Shown piece after piece: positions 19,734 through 30,545 of a stretch of 64,000 bases of DNA. Both the position numbers and the translations under genes were made by a program. The notes under the pieces were generated by a model. That model searched no databases. It was not told the DNA's origin and was given only the letters and a program-made list of their open reading frames with translations. Within the stretch, counting starts at the first letter, position 1. Every line of letters starts with the position of its first letter. Source of the DNA: a bacterium (lineage in GTDB: Bacteria; Electryoneota; Electryoneia; Electryoneales; Electryoneaceae); NCBI GenBank assembly GCA_963669175.1, contig OY769902.1:5056001-5120000 (forward strand). The letters are read 5' to 3'.

Positions 19734-20501
19734 GTGCGCACGGTCCCAGCCCTGCTATACCATAAGATTTCCAGCCAGTTCGAATTCGGGATTACCCATA
19801 CCACGCCTTCCGGCTTTGCACGCCAGGTACAGTTCCTCGCGTCTTCGGGATATTCGGGAGTTGCTCCTTCACAAGTGCAAACAGCCTTGGGAAATCCCCT
19901 TATCCTTAGTTTTGACGATGCCCTGGAATCGGTGTTTACCCATGCGCTACCGGTATTGACCGAACACGCCTTTCATGCGATTACGTTTGTTCCGGTTGAT
20001 TTTATCGGGAAGGTGAACACATGGGATGCGGGACGTTTCGGGCTGAAATTCCGGCATATGGACAAGCAGCAGCTCCGTACCTGGGTGGAAACCGGAAACG
20101 AGATCGGGTGTCATGGCGCGTCGCATATCCATTTCGGACTACTGAACCATTTCCAGCGCTACCGGGAAATCGTTGAGGCGAAGAAACGCCTGGAAGACAC
20201 TGCAGGATCGCCGGTGCGTTGGCTCTCCCCACCGTTCGGCTGGTACGACCGTCATGTGCTGGAACTGGCGCGTGATGCCGGGTACGAAGGTGTGCTGGTC
20301 ATCCGTAAACGACCTTTCATATCATGTCCGCCTGAACTGAAACTACTTGAACACACACCTGTTTACCTGTTTGATAGCCTTGCGCTGTTACACGCCAAAC
20401 TCGATCCCACCACCCCGCTCTACCGACTGGAACGCTTCCGTACGAACCTGATTCACCAGGGCAGTTGGGGAAGTGTAGTTGTGCAGGCTGTTTCCAGATA
20501 G
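19734..20501 (+). CDS. Polysaccharide deacetylase (NodB/CE4)
   Basis: LLYH, LSFDDA, EIGCHGASH and PFG motifs. Confidence 0.88.
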   Translation: MRTVPALLYHKISSQFEFGITHTTPSGFARQVQFLASSGYSGVAPSQVQTALGNPLILSFDDALESVFTHALPVLTEHAFHAITFVPVDFIGKVNTWDAGRFGLKFRHMDKQQLRTWVETGNEIGCHGASHIHFGLLNHFQRYREIVEAKKRLEDTAGSPVRWLSPPFGWYDRHVLELARDAGYEGVLVIRKRPFISCPPELKLLEHTPVYLFDSLALLHAKLDPTTPLYRLERFRTNLIHQGSWGSVVVQAVSR

Positions 20502-20514
20502 TCCTCCATCCGGT

Positions 20515-20795
20515 GGATTCACAGGATGTACAGGATGATTAAGGATGAATAGGATAAGAAAGAGAATTATGTTTGGGCGGCGTGGCCCGACTGCTTGCTG
20601 TCGGGTTTCATGTGAGATAGGCTGCGTGTCGGGTTTCAAGTGAGATGCAGTTCAAACATTCCCTATGCTGCGACCCGACAGAAGGCTTTCTGGCCACGCG
20701 CAAATGGATTCTCACATTGATTCTCGAGATACGCCTCGGCGCACAAGTCCCCGGTCGGCGCCGGGGATGACATGTGGGAAGCCTGGGGATGACAT
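20515..20795. repeat. Intergenic mosaic of AGGAT tandem units, REP family B and REP family D
   Basis: acaggatgtacaggatg array; tggcccgactgcttgctgtcggg (20583-20605); gatacgcctcggcgcacaagtcccc, also present at 13811 and as a variant at 63248. Confidence 0.75.
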
Positions 20796-20831
20796 GAGAG
20801 GATAATAGATTCGCGCGAGACTAGAAAATCA

Positions 20832-21542
20832 CTACCGCATCTGCCGTACAATCACAAAACCGATATTGACAGCGATGTAACTCTTCGGATCGATCAGATC
20901 AAAATACTCGGTATGTTTCAGGTCAGCGAAGATCAGATGGTAAATCGGCAGCACTTCCAGCAGCACATCGTTGCCCATGTAGAACCGGAATCCCAAGCCG
21001 CCATTGACACCGCCCTGCGCCCAATGGGATTTGCGTCCCTGGTAATCATCACCGATAGAATCCTTCACCGTAGTCGTGTTGATATACAGCCCGCCGCCCA
21101 CATGGAAGACGTAACTGAACGTACGTTTGTGCGCTTGTGCCGGAGTAATGCGAACGCCGCCCAATACTTCGAACATATTGCTGCGCCCGGTAATATCACC
21201 ACCGCGAATAGTTGCCGATTCCGGGAACGCCCGGTTGACATCGCCATCGTCCGGATGCCAGCCGCAGTAGCCTACACGCAACCCGGTCAGGAGGTTCGGC
21301 GTCACGTTGGTGTATACTTCGAGCCCTACATCCGCGCCGATCTTCCAGTAGTCGCTTACATCGCCCATGACCTGCGACAAGCCGACCGACATGGTGTAGT
21401 ACATGAAAGAGGTGCGAATATCACGTCTGTTCAGATGCTTGTGTTGTTGTGCAAAAACGGGAGTAACACCTCCCAGCATGAGCATTGCAAGTATCGTGAT
21501 GCCAAGCAATCGCTTGATGCGATCCGGTCGCAACAGGCTCAT
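20832..21542 (-). CDS. Outer-membrane beta-barrel protein
   Basis: GGAGG RBS before ATG21542; signal peptide ending VFA; alternating Gly/aromatic strands (GGGLY, GGLGFRF). Confidence 0.75.
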   Translation of the reverse strand: MSLLRPDRIKRLLGITILAMLMLGGVTPVFAQQHKHLNRRDIRTSFMYYTMSVGLSQVMGDVSDYWKIGADVGLEVYTNVTPNLLTGLRVGYCGWHPDDGDVNRAFPESATIRGGDITGRSNMFEVLGGVRITPAQAHKRTFSYVFHVGGGLYINTTTVKDSIGDDYQGRKSHWAQGGVNGGLGFRFYMGNDVLLEVLPIYHLIFADLKHTEYFDLIDPKSYIAVNIGFVIVRQMR

Positions 21543-21630
21543 TCCATCCTCCCTGGAAGCGACAAAAGGGTGGCCGATCAGCCACCCTTTTGTTATCAAA
21601 AGTCATGCAATCAGCGACAGAACAACACCG

Positions 21631-23679
21631 TCAATCGCCATCGAAGATCACGGAATCATCTGTATAGCCCGGACGGTCCTGGTACCAATCCATGTAGACT
21701 GTACCGCCGGATTCTGCCCAATCTTCGAAGTACAGGTAGCCTTCCGTAATATCGACACCAGAGTACATGTGTTTCCAGTCCTCCGGAACCTCCAGTCCCC
21801 ATGGCAGATTGCTGGAAGTTACATAGTATTCTCCAGCGCCGACATCGGAAGCATCGTCCTCAGTACCGAAATATGTCATGTTCATCATGGATGTCGGAGC
21901 CTGTCCCGCCAGGTGGACTTCATGGGTACGCAAGCCATTGACAACAATGAACGGGTTGTATGGCGGTGCGCTGAGTGAATCCTGCGGGAGCCCGTTGGTA
22001 AAGGTAATCACGATTTCAGTTGTCGGCGCAACCTGCACCGGATCAGACGGGTCCGTATTTACGAAACGGTTGATCGGGGTAATGATCTGGTCCGTACGGT
22101 CGAATACCGGGATAACGGCCAGGTCGGGTCCGATTTCAGGCGCTGAACCGCTGAAACCGGTGAATACTGTTCCCTGGCAATCGGAGCCGGAAACACTGGC
22201 AATCCAGCCGGGGGAAATCGGAAGCTCAAAAGCGAAACCGTTGTCGTAATCAGCGCCGACCGCCTTGATGGTCCAGTCCGCTTCGATCTGGGTAATCAGG
22301 TTTTCGCCGTTGGTAATCTGGTTGATCTCATACGCCATCACCAGGTCGTTGAAGTCATAGTCGCCCTGAATCGGCCACAAGTCTTCAAACGCCACCACGC
22401 CATCGAAATAGTTGTTAAACGCTTTATCCGGATCATCCGGGTACTCATCCACGACATCCGGTACATCATCGCCATCCCTGTCTTCATCAGGCACATCAAG
22501 CGGCGGCAAACCGGTCGTATCTACTGCGGACCAGGGCTCCACCTTGACACAAAAAATGGCGTCGTTGAAGTCATTATCGCCGCCACGGTCGCGGAGAATA
22601 TCTTCGAAGCCAAGAATCAGGAAATGACGATACTGATCCTGGAGCAAGATGGCCTGACGCATATCGGAATCGTTCAAAGCATCGTCACTCATCACCAGCC
22701 ATCTTCCATCGCCTACAGTATGCTGCGCTTGCAGCCAACCATCGGCAACCGCGAAGAAGGACATGGTTGTTCCGGCATCGAAATCTCCCAGATCAACCTT
22801 GTCGCCGGTCTGCATCTCACCGCCACTGTTCGGGAAGGAACAGTTCGGGAATACTACTGTCAGCGGATCAACGGCGTCCTGGTTGGCAGGTATGTTTTCA
22901 CCCGGGTAAGTATAAAAACCCATTGCATTCAGATAGCCGGCATTTTCATGCACGTAACTGATCGTCACATGGGCATCTTCCAGCAGTTGCAGACGCGCTT
23001 CAGTCTGCTGCAGGATATACTCGGGATGGTGAGTGTTAATATTCACCGCTTCAGGCAGCATATTCGTCACATTATCGAAGAATTCTGCGCTGAAAGTATC
23101 TTGGGCATCCATCAGGTAGTAGGGGCGTCCCAGATTGCTCCAGTCAAACTCACCGTTCCCCATGAAGGTGTAATCGCGAGTCAAGGTGGACTTGACCACC
23201 GGCCCACGAACCGGCGCTGACATGGCGCCCAGGGTGCCGCCGAAATCGTAACGGACGTTCGCACTGGTGAGTGGAATGCGTGCGATATTGTCGATACCGA
23301 TGATATGGGCCTTCACCAGGACCTCTTCCATATATGTCGGTACGATCAACTGCATGATGCATTCGCCATCGTACTGGGTTATCCCACGAGCCAACTGTTG
23401 CCAGGATTCGGGATTCCCCTCTTCCAGCTCGTAGTAAAACGTAATGATGACGCCCTTTTTCGAATTGCCCAAGGCGTCTTTCACTGAAATGTAAGCCCGG
23501 ATGGATTTCTGCGTTTCGTAGTCAAAATCGTCAGGCACTACGATCGCTGCAAATCCTTCTTCTTCCGGCGCTGTTATGTCTTCAGCATCAGTACATCCAA
23601 TCTGCGCAAAGGGCATCATCAGCAAGCCCAGCAGTGGCAGTACGAGCAGAACACGACGGAACCAGGTAAACTCCCTCAT
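21631..23679 (-). CDS. LruC-domain (DUF4842/DUF4114-type) lipoprotein
   Basis: AGGAGG RBS; lipobox-like QIGC; GFED..DNDFND; DxDGD calcium repeat; AFEDLWP.QGDYDFNDLV; PPYNPFI; HEVHL. Confidence 0.85.
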   Translation of the reverse strand: MREFTWFRRVLLVLPLLGLLMMPFAQIGCTDAEDITAPEEEGFAAIVVPDDFDYETQKSIRAYISVKDALGNSKKGVIITFYYELEEGNPESWQQLARGITQYDGECIMQLIVPTYMEEVLVKAHIIGIDNIARIPLTSANVRYDFGGTLGAMSAPVRGPVVKSTLTRDYTFMGNGEFDWSNLGRPYYLMDAQDTFSAEFFDNVTNMLPEAVNINTHHPEYILQQTEARLQLLEDAHVTISYVHENAGYLNAMGFYTYPGENIPANQDAVDPLTVVFPNCSFPNSGGEMQTGDKVDLGDFDAGTTMSFFAVADGWLQAQHTVGDGRWLVMSDDALNDSDMRQAILLQDQYRHFLILGFEDILRDRGGDNDFNDAIFCVKVEPWSAVDTTGLPPLDVPDEDRDGDDVPDVVDEYPDDPDKAFNNYFDGVVAFEDLWPIQGDYDFNDLVMAYEINQITNGENLITQIEADWTIKAVGADYDNGFAFELPISPGWIASVSGSDCQGTVFTGFSGSAPEIGPDLAVIPVFDRTDQIITPINRFVNTDPSDPVQVAPTTEIVITFTNGLPQDSLSAPPYNPFIVVNGLRTHEVHLAGQAPTSMMNMTYFGTEDDASDVGAGEYYVTSSNLPWGLEVPEDWKHMYSGVDITEGYLYFEDWAESGGTVYMDWYQDRPGYTDDSVIFDGD

Positions 23680-24036
23680 CCGACCTCCTTGGGAATGTAT
23701 CGCTACAATTTCAAGCAAAATAGCTGTCTTTTGTACTGTTATCAACAATATATACTATCTGACGACGGAAAGCGTGAGCCAACACCAGTATCCATATCCT
23801 GTAATGTCTCCCGATTATCTTCTGAAAAACAAGACGCTTACGGCATAATTACCAATCACCCTTCTCATCCATCAGGGGGAAAAGTAAAGATTCCTCTTTG
23901 AATCTTCTGTGATTTAAAACAGGAATAAGTTAGTAAAGAGACCTTTTCAACCCGGGTTAAACAGGATACCTTACGCATAGAACAACATACTTGCACACTT
24001 TCTGCATACAACAGTGACTTCAAAGGAACAGAACGG

Positions 24037-25137
24037 ATGCGGATTGTACAACTGGTACAGAGCCTTCAGACCGGCGGTGTGGAACGTCTGGTTGCCAACA
24101 TCACCGCAGGCTTATCCCAACGTGGGCATCACATTTCCGTCCTGGCCCTGCGAAGCGGTGGCGATATTGCAGTAGAGCTGGCAGAGCAACATGTACCGGT
24201 TCAAATACTTTGCACTGATCATATCACACCCGGTGCGTTGAAAAAGATCAGACAGGCTATTCTTGCCCTGCAACCGGACCTGGTTCATATACACACATTA
24301 CCCGCCGGCACTTTCGGTCGTGCCGCCATCGTTGGGACCGGTATCCCCTGGATCTATCATCTTCATACGGATTATTATCGTGCACATCACCCGAACCGTT
24401 CCATGCTGCTCCGTGAAATGCTGCTGGGCAAATTGGAAGGTTCCATCCTCGCTATCAGTTCCTGTGTACGCCGAAAGTATTGTACCGATTTTCGAGTCCC
24501 GCTGAACAAGGTGGAAGTGTTACGCGGCGGTGTGCCTGACACACCGGAAATGGACCAGGCGGAAGCACGCAGGCAGCTTCATCTTCCCACAGATCGTCCC
24601 ATTCTGCTGATTGTCGCCGGCCTGTCCCTGCATAAAGATCATCTCACATCTCTGCGCACCATGCAGCTCCTGCCGGACAATGTGATGCTCCTGCTTGCCG
24701 GTGACGGTCCTCTCTTTGACCGGATACAAGCTTATGTCAAACGTGCGAACCTGCAAGAGAGAGTGAAACTCCTGGGCAGACGAAACGATATTTCTCTTTT
24801 GAACGCTGCCTCAGATGCGGCCCTCCTCACCAGCGACTACCGTGAAGGGCTGGGGCTGTCCCTGGTGGAAGCAGCTCGGGCGGGTATCCCCTGCATTGCT
24901 ACTCGTACCGGAGGCATCCCGGAAGTAGTGCGTCATGGTGTCAACGGCTTATTGGTGCCCGCACGAAATCCGGAAGCCCTGGCCGAAGCAATCAACAAAG
25001 TATTGAATAATAAACATTTCTCGAGCAAGTTGGGGCAGCAGGGACGTGAACGCTACCTCCGTGAATGGGAACTTGGAGTATACCTGGATAGACTGGAACA
25101 CCTGTATCAGTCACGCGTTAAAGTGAAAAACAGGTAA
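24037..25137 (+). CDS. Glycosyltransferase family 4
   Basis: GGVER, K.H, EGLGLSLVEA and GGIPEVV.HGVNG. Confidence 0.92.
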   Translation: MRIVQLVQSLQTGGVERLVANITAGLSQRGHHISVLALRSGGDIAVELAEQHVPVQILCTDHITPGALKKIRQAILALQPDLVHIHTLPAGTFGRAAIVGTGIPWIYHLHTDYYRAHHPNRSMLLREMLLGKLEGSILAISSCVRRKYCTDFRVPLNKVEVLRGGVPDTPEMDQAEARRQLHLPTDRPILLIVAGLSLHKDHLTSLRTMQLLPDNVMLLLAGDGPLFDRIQAYVKRANLQERVKLLGRRNDISLLNAASDAALLTSDYREGLGLSLVEAARAGIPCIATRTGGIPEVVRHGVNGLLVPARNPEALAEAINKVLNNKHFSSKLGQQGRERYLREWELGVYLDRLEHLYQSRVKVKNR

Positions 25138-25391
25138 TCAGTTCTCTTCGCATTCATACTTCCTCACCCTCAGGGCAATTGCCGGAGAGAGTAGTTTTTC
25201 GTACATTGTCACGATATAAGTTCAAGTTGCGCTTTAGCTTGGACATCATGCAGGATAAGCTGGATTGTGTTGCGAGCTATTGCTGAGTGTACTTGTCACA
25301 CAATTATATATCAAATACTTACATCAAGATTTTGTTTACAGTGTTCAACAGAAACGGCTGATTTACTTTGTTCAGAAAGAAGGGTAGTGTC

Positions 25392-25976
25392 ATGCACCGT
25401 ACCACTCGTCATCTCCTGATCATCACGCTGCTGGCTTCCATGATGCTCGTAGTGTTCGGATGCACCAAGAAGCCGCCGGTTGTCCCGACAGAACGTCCTC
25501 CCCGTGACACGACAGCCATTGTCAAACCAAAACCGAAACCGGAACCAGAACCGGTTAAACCGGCTCCTGTTGACACTTTTGACACGATGGCCGACAAGGA
25601 AGTTGAGCCGGAAATAGTTGAACCGGAACCGACTCCCCCGCCAGAACTGAAAGTGGTCTATTTCGATTTTGACCAGTCCAGTTTCACCAACCAGGCGCTC
25701 CGTCAGTTGAAGGAGAATGCCGTGATCCTGCAACAATACCCGGAATGGCGCGTAATAATAGAAGGCCATTGCGATGAACGCGGCTCAACGGAATACAACC
25801 TGGCGCTGGGCGAACGTCGTGCGAACGCCGTGTACCGCTACTACATGAATTTCGGCGGGATCAACAAGGAGATGTTCGCGGAAATCATCAGCTACGGCGA
25901 AGAGAAACCGGTATCGTTCGGCCATGATGAAGGCGCCTGGGCGAAGAACCGTAGATCGATTACTCGTCGCAAGTAG
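25392..25976 (+). CDS. pal: Peptidoglycan-associated lipoprotein (OmpA-C domain)
   Basis: Lipobox VFGC; VYFDFD, EGHCDERGSTEYNLALGERRA, SYGEEKP and NRR. Confidence 0.93.
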   Translation: MHRTTRHLLIITLLASMMLVVFGCTKKPPVVPTERPPRDTTAIVKPKPKPEPEPVKPAPVDTFDTMADKEVEPEIVEPEPTPPPELKVVYFDFDQSSFTNQALRQLKENAVILQQYPEWRVIIEGHCDERGSTEYNLALGERRANAVYRYYMNFGGINKEMFAEIISYGEEKPVSFGHDEGAWAKNRRSITRRK

Positions 25977-26019
25977 TCAACATTGCACTGATTGAAGTAT
26001 ACCATACAAGGCATTCGGC

Positions 26020-26826
26020 ATGTCCCGTTTTACCAGGCACATCCTGTTACTGCTTGCTGCTGCACTGCTGCTGTCCGGATGTGCAACACGGAAAGATATT
26101 CAGCTTCTGACCGATGAGCACCGTCGCACTCAACGGCGGCTTGAGGCCATTGAACAGAAACAGGACATGCTGGATGCCAAGGTTGATACCCTTTTCGCCA
26201 TGTTTGGCGGTAATCTCCAGAAGAATTTCCGTGAACAGGAGGATCTGCTGCGGACCTTCCGTGCGGAAACAGGAGCGGCTACGGAAGAACAGCTCGGCAA
26301 GCTGGAGATGCTGACCGGACGTATCAGCGATTCGGAACAGATGATGGACCGTCTCGCTGCCAAACTGGACCAGACCAGCCTGCTGATCAGCCGTTTCATC
26401 CAGATGACGGACACCACCGATACCCTGACCGGGATCGCACTGGACCCAAATGATCCGGAAAACCTGTTCAACCAGAGTTATCAGGATTACACGCTGGGCA
26501 AGATGGACCTGGCCCGTACCGGATTCATGGACTATTTCAGGCTGTACCCGGAAACGCAACATGCCGGCAATGCGCTGTACTGGATCGGTGAGACGTTCCT
26601 TGCAGAAGGCGCTACGGATTCAGCGCTGGCCTATTTCCGTCGCATTGAATTCAGTTATCCCGAATGCGACAAAATGCCGACTGCGCTGGTGAAACGCGCC
26701 TCAATCCATGTGGACACCGGACGGATCAACAGTGCCCGCATGTTGTATCAACGTGTCATTGATGAGTTCCCCGCCTCGCCCGAAGCACGCCTCAGCCGGA
26801 ACCGTTTGCAGGGATTGTCACGCTGA
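26020..26826 (+). CDS. cpoB: Tol-Pal associated TPR protein CpoB/YbgF
   Basis: Follows pal; lipobox LSGC, coiled coil, and TPRs with NALYWIGE and FPASPEA. Confidence 0.85.
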   Translation: MSRFTRHILLLLAAALLLSGCATRKDIQLLTDEHRRTQRRLEAIEQKQDMLDAKVDTLFAMFGGNLQKNFREQEDLLRTFRAETGAATEEQLGKLEMLTGRISDSEQMMDRLAAKLDQTSLLISRFIQMTDTTDTLTGIALDPNDPENLFNQSYQDYTLGKMDLARTGFMDYFRLYPETQHAGNALYWIGETFLAEGATDSALAYFRRIEFSYPECDKMPTALVKRASIHVDTGRINSARMLYQRVIDEFPASPEARLSRNRLQGLSR

Positions 26827-26848
26827 ACGTAGCTGTATGTAGCTTTAC

Positions 26849-26982
26849 GTAGCCCGGTCATGCCTGGCCGGGTTCTCTCGAACACTTACCGAATCGTTTG
26901 GCCCGACTGCTTGCTGTCGGGTTGCTCGTGAGAATACGCACTGCCCGAGGTAAAAAGCCCGGGTGCAAGCACACCGGGCCAC
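26849..26982. repeat. BIME-like mosaic of REP families A, B and C between convergent genes
   Basis: Copies at 26849-26872, 26899-26921 and 26958-26982. Confidence 0.85.
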
Positions 26983-27014
26983 ACGAAAATATCTTCAGGT
27001 ATTTCTACCCTGGA

Positions 27015-28226
27015 TTACACCTCAATCACCTGGATTTCTTCCAGATTCCCGATCCCCAGTCCTAATTCTTCCGCGTAACGCAGATACTCGGTATAGCGCG
27101 GATGTTCATTGACCTGAACTTCCATTTCCTTGCGTTTTGCCAGCATCAGTTCATGGCAATAACGGTCCATGGCGAACGGGTCCGTAGCAAAGAACAGAGT
27201 GTTGTACAGGTAGGTGAACTGCTCGTTCGCGCCGGGGCCGCCATCATACTGACCGACCAGGCCATCGTTGACGTTCAGAACCAGCTTGTCACGTACACAG
27301 GGAAACGCCAAGACTTCGGTACAGACGTCGAAGAACAGCGGACGATGCAACCGTCCCGTATTGCAGATCGCGGCGTACCCAAGGTTCTTGGTCGCCATGG
27401 AGATGCCGTTTCCGGTATTCTTGAACACGGGCACGTTGATGATCTTGGTCAGCTTCTTTGTCAACAGTTTGCCGAAGAAAGAGTACTTGTTATTGGTCAC
27501 ATGCTGGTTCAGATAGGCCTTTTCGGTGGGGCCATCCACATCCGCCCAGTAGTAGACGTTCGGGTCAAAATTCTTCAGGCTCTTGTGGCTGCCTTCCGGT
27601 GTCAGCCAGCCACTGTCATCGCCATCGTACGCTTCATCCCACATGCTCAGGTCCAGATCTTGCAAGGCTTCGATACCGATACCAGGATAGCGCTCCTCAT
27701 TAAAACCAGCCTCACGCAGCATGTAGTCAAAACGGTCCCAAATGATGATATTCTTGCGCGGTAGTCCGTTAGCCTCCAGCCATTCGATCAGGGCATCGAC
27801 CACTTCGAGGCGAGTGCTGATCAAACCGGGACCAACCGGATTCACCTTGATACCGACCACATCGTCCTTTGAAAAGAACAGGTTGTAGGATTCGGTCAGG
27901 TTTTTTCCGGTAAGGGCGGTGATTCCTTTCTGCATCATGTCACGAATGACATCTGCATTGGGTTCACCTTCCGGCATGGCGGCTTCATCGCTGACCTTGA
28001 CGACTTTTCCTGGGAATGGACCAGGGAGGGCATGTGGCCCCTTTGGAATCTCCAAGGCATCTTTTACGTTCGTTGCAGGCTTTTCCGGTTTGGAATCCTT
28101 CTCTTCCGCCCAAAGGGCTGGTGTTCCTAACAATAAACCACTCCCTGCAACGGCACTGGCTTTCAGGAAATCTCTACGGTTCAAGTCAAACAAGGTATGC
28201 ATCGATCGGTATGGCACACGTGGCAT
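27015..28226 (-). CDS. Tat-exported DUF362-family protein
   Basis: NRRDFLK Tat signal; VGIKVN, INVPVFK, MATKNL and GPG motifs. Confidence 0.85.
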   Translation of the reverse strand: MPRVPYRSMHTLFDLNRRDFLKASAVAGSGLLLGTPALWAEEKDSKPEKPATNVKDALEIPKGPHALPGPFPGKVVKVSDEAAMPEGEPNADVIRDMMQKGITALTGKNLTESYNLFFSKDDVVGIKVNPVGPGLISTRLEVVDALIEWLEANGLPRKNIIIWDRFDYMLREAGFNEERYPGIGIEALQDLDLSMWDEAYDGDDSGWLTPEGSHKSLKNFDPNVYYWADVDGPTEKAYLNQHVTNNKYSFFGKLLTKKLTKIINVPVFKNTGNGISMATKNLGYAAICNTGRLHRPLFFDVCTEVLAFPCVRDKLVLNVNDGLVGQYDGGPGANEQFTYLYNTLFFATDPFAMDRYCHELMLAKRKEMEVQVNEHPRYTEYLRYAEELGLGIGNLEEIQVIEV

Positions 28227-28482
28227 GAAAAACCCCTCTCCTTTTATCTCACTTCCCCTAGCGAAAGAAAATAAGGATTCTCTGCCGGAAAGTGAACACG
28301 AAGCAGGAAAAAGCGTAAAATTCCAAACAACGCTTCAGGCTCCGCTGCCGCAAAGAAGTAATCAGAATTTACAGGACGCCCGGGATGGGAAAGAAGGAAA
28401 GGAGATTTATTTATACACTTATAATTTAGGACTTTAGAAGAATGCAGTATCCACTTTTTTCACTGTCTACTTTTTTCACTAC

Positions 28483-28519
28483 AAAAGAAAAACCCGGATA
28501 CAATCACTTGCATCCGGGG
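28483..28519 (-). terminator. Intrinsic terminator after qmoC
   Basis: cccggat/atccggg stem with a T-tract on the minus strand. Confidence 0.65.
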
Positions 28520-28544
28520 TGAGGAATCGGTCGAGAAATAATAC

Positions 28545-29813
28545 TTACGCAGCGGTGACCTGCTGTGAAGCTGTACGTGCCTGGGCAGTGCCATCACCCA
28601 GCTCACGTCCCCGCTGCTTCGCCCACACCATCGCCATGGTACGATACAGCATGTGCGCGAACTTGCTGTAGGGCATATACCACAACAGCGCGAACACGAT
28701 CACGATATGAATGAAATAGATCAGGTAAGGCACGATATTCATTACGCCGCCACCCATTGCCCAGAACAGCAGACGTCCGACCCAGGCCAGCATACCTGTG
28801 GTGCCGGTCCAGAACACCAACTGCAGGAACAGCTTGTCCGGGTAAGCATTCGAGCCGACATCGGCTTCTTTGTCGTTACGGCGACGCATCAGCATCAGGC
28901 CACCGATGAAGATCATCGTACCACCGGCCCCACCGCTCACCTTGCCCATTACACCGATGATAATATGGACCGGGTTGTCATAGGTCCAGAAATCAATCGG
29001 GGTTTCGATGCCAATGGCGGTAATGTGCAGCATATGGTTGAAGATCACACCGAAAACCAGCGCGAACCCGGCTGCTGCCCCAGCAAGAATGAAGCCGTAT
29101 AACACAAGTATATGAGCTGTTTTACGTGGCCTGTTCTGCCCGCAGGTTTCGAAATGCTTGTGGGTGAGGATATCCTTCACGGTTGCAATCAGAGCCGGCA
29201 CAAAACCCATCTGGATTTGTGTTGCCGCGTCATGTTGCAAGCCCTTCCAGAATCGATTCAAGCCGATAAACGCGATCATGAAAATCAGCACGTTACCCGC
29301 GATAAACAGCATTTCTGTCAGACCTGACGGTACAAACTCAGTCAATGCAGCCTTGTCCAGTGACAAGAAATAGCTGAAGCTCAATTCCGGATTGATCGCC
29401 ATGTTAATCCCGACCAGCGCCGCGATAATAATCACCGGGATCAGAAACAACGCCATTGTTCCGCCGGGAGTGGACATCGCTTTGCCCATGAAGGACGGGA
29501 ATGTCGCGCTGGCGTAGATGTAGTTCCTGATCGCCGCCATGACGTCACCGGGACGCACTCCGCGTGGACAACGTGTGGTACAGTCACCGCACTGATGGCA
29601 GAGCCAAACGTCCGGATCACTGATCAGTTTGTCCTTGAGACCCCAGTTCGCCCAGAGCATTTCCTTACGCGGGAACGCTCCCTGCGCCGGAGAAAGCTCG
29701 CAGACTGCGCTGCATGTCGCGCACTGGTAGCACTTGTTCAGGTTCTCGCCGCCCGCCCCCTGGATCGCCTTAATGAACTCCAGATCAGGCTTTACGGTAT
29801 ATCTGTCCGCCAT
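28545..29813 (-). CDS. qmoC: QmoC-like membrane oxidoreductase subunit (HdrC-type 2x[4Fe-4S] plus HdrE/NarI-type membrane domain)
   Basis: KCYQCATCSAVC, FPRKEM.WA.WG, WLCHQCGDCTTRCPRG, several TM helices and YMPYSKFAH. Confidence 0.9.
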   Translation of the reverse strand: MADRYTVKPDLEFIKAIQGAGGENLNKCYQCATCSAVCELSPAQGAFPRKEMLWANWGLKDKLISDPDVWLCHQCGDCTTRCPRGVRPGDVMAAIRNYIYASATFPSFMGKAMSTPGGTMALFLIPVIIIAALVGINMAINPELSFSYFLSLDKAALTEFVPSGLTEMLFIAGNVLIFMIAFIGLNRFWKGLQHDAATQIQMGFVPALIATVKDILTHKHFETCGQNRPRKTAHILVLYGFILAGAAAGFALVFGVIFNHMLHITAIGIETPIDFWTYDNPVHIIIGVMGKVSGGAGGTMIFIGGLMLMRRRNDKEADVGSNAYPDKLFLQLVFWTGTTGMLAWVGRLLFWAMGGGVMNIVPYLIYFIHIVIVFALLWYMPYSKFAHMLYRTMAMVWAKQRGRELGDGTAQARTASQQVTAA

Positions 29814-29989
29814 CTGAAAACCTCCACCTGCGATGACTGTTTGCCGCTGTTGAATATGTGACCACCGGGTGGTCAGAAGTTTGGGAAAGATAGTGCAAAC
29901 TCGATGCTATCACAAGTTGTGTGGGAAGGTTAACTCGCACACTCGCTTGTCCAGTTTTGTCACATACTCTGGTATAACTCCCGAGATAG

Positions 29990-30326
29990 TGTATTCCCCG
30001 GCCAGGCATGGCCGGGCTACCTATCTTCTGGCGATTGGCCCGACTGCGCGCTGTCGGGATCATATTCCTCCCGGACCGAGGGCGATCCAGGCTACATAAC
30101 TGTATTGTGTACTCCCCGGCCAAGCATGGCCGGGCTACCTATCTTCTGGCGATTGGCCCGACTGCTTGCTGTCGGGTATTTTTCCCCGGACCGGGGGCGG
30201 TCCGGGCTACCCCCTCAACCACATGTCATCCCCTCCTCGCGCAGGCGGGGATCACCCGGGGATCTCGAGGTATTTCGCGACATACTTACACACGATAGTC
30301 GCGTGGCCCGACTGCTTGCTGTCGGG
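29990..30326. repeat. BIME-like tandem: two ~105-bp composite units plus further REPs
   Basis: 29990-30095 resembles 30107-30210 (REP A + REP B + cccggac..gtccgggctac); extra family D and family B copies follow, to 30326. Confidence 0.9.
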
Positions 30327-30463
30327 TATCTTGCCTGACCACACTCTTACGCTCTCGCGAGCACCAACACACGGTCTACGCGACTTCTTGTCTCTTTTTT
30401 CACCTTTTTCACTGCCTACTTTTTTCACTCCAAAAAACTAACCTCTTAATATAAATAAGAATA

Positions 30464-30490
30464 AACCCCGCCGGACAAGCCGGACGGGGC
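30464..30490 (-). terminator. Intrinsic terminator after the 4Fe-4S dicluster gene
   Basis: ccccg/cgggg stem with a T-rich tail on the minus strand. Confidence 0.55.
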
Positions 30491-30545
30491 CAGAAATGTA
30501 TCAACTTTCGAATGGTGCTGGAAACTTAATACCGTAAGCGTATTC

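Noticed and set aside
25392-26826. pal-cpoB without adjacent tolQRAB
   Set aside because: Split tol-pal loci are common, and nothing in the window suggests a new function.
29990-30330. Tandem ~105-bp units as CRISPR or an RNA gene array
   Set aside because: The units are composites of REP palindromes found elsewhere in the window and have no unique spacers.
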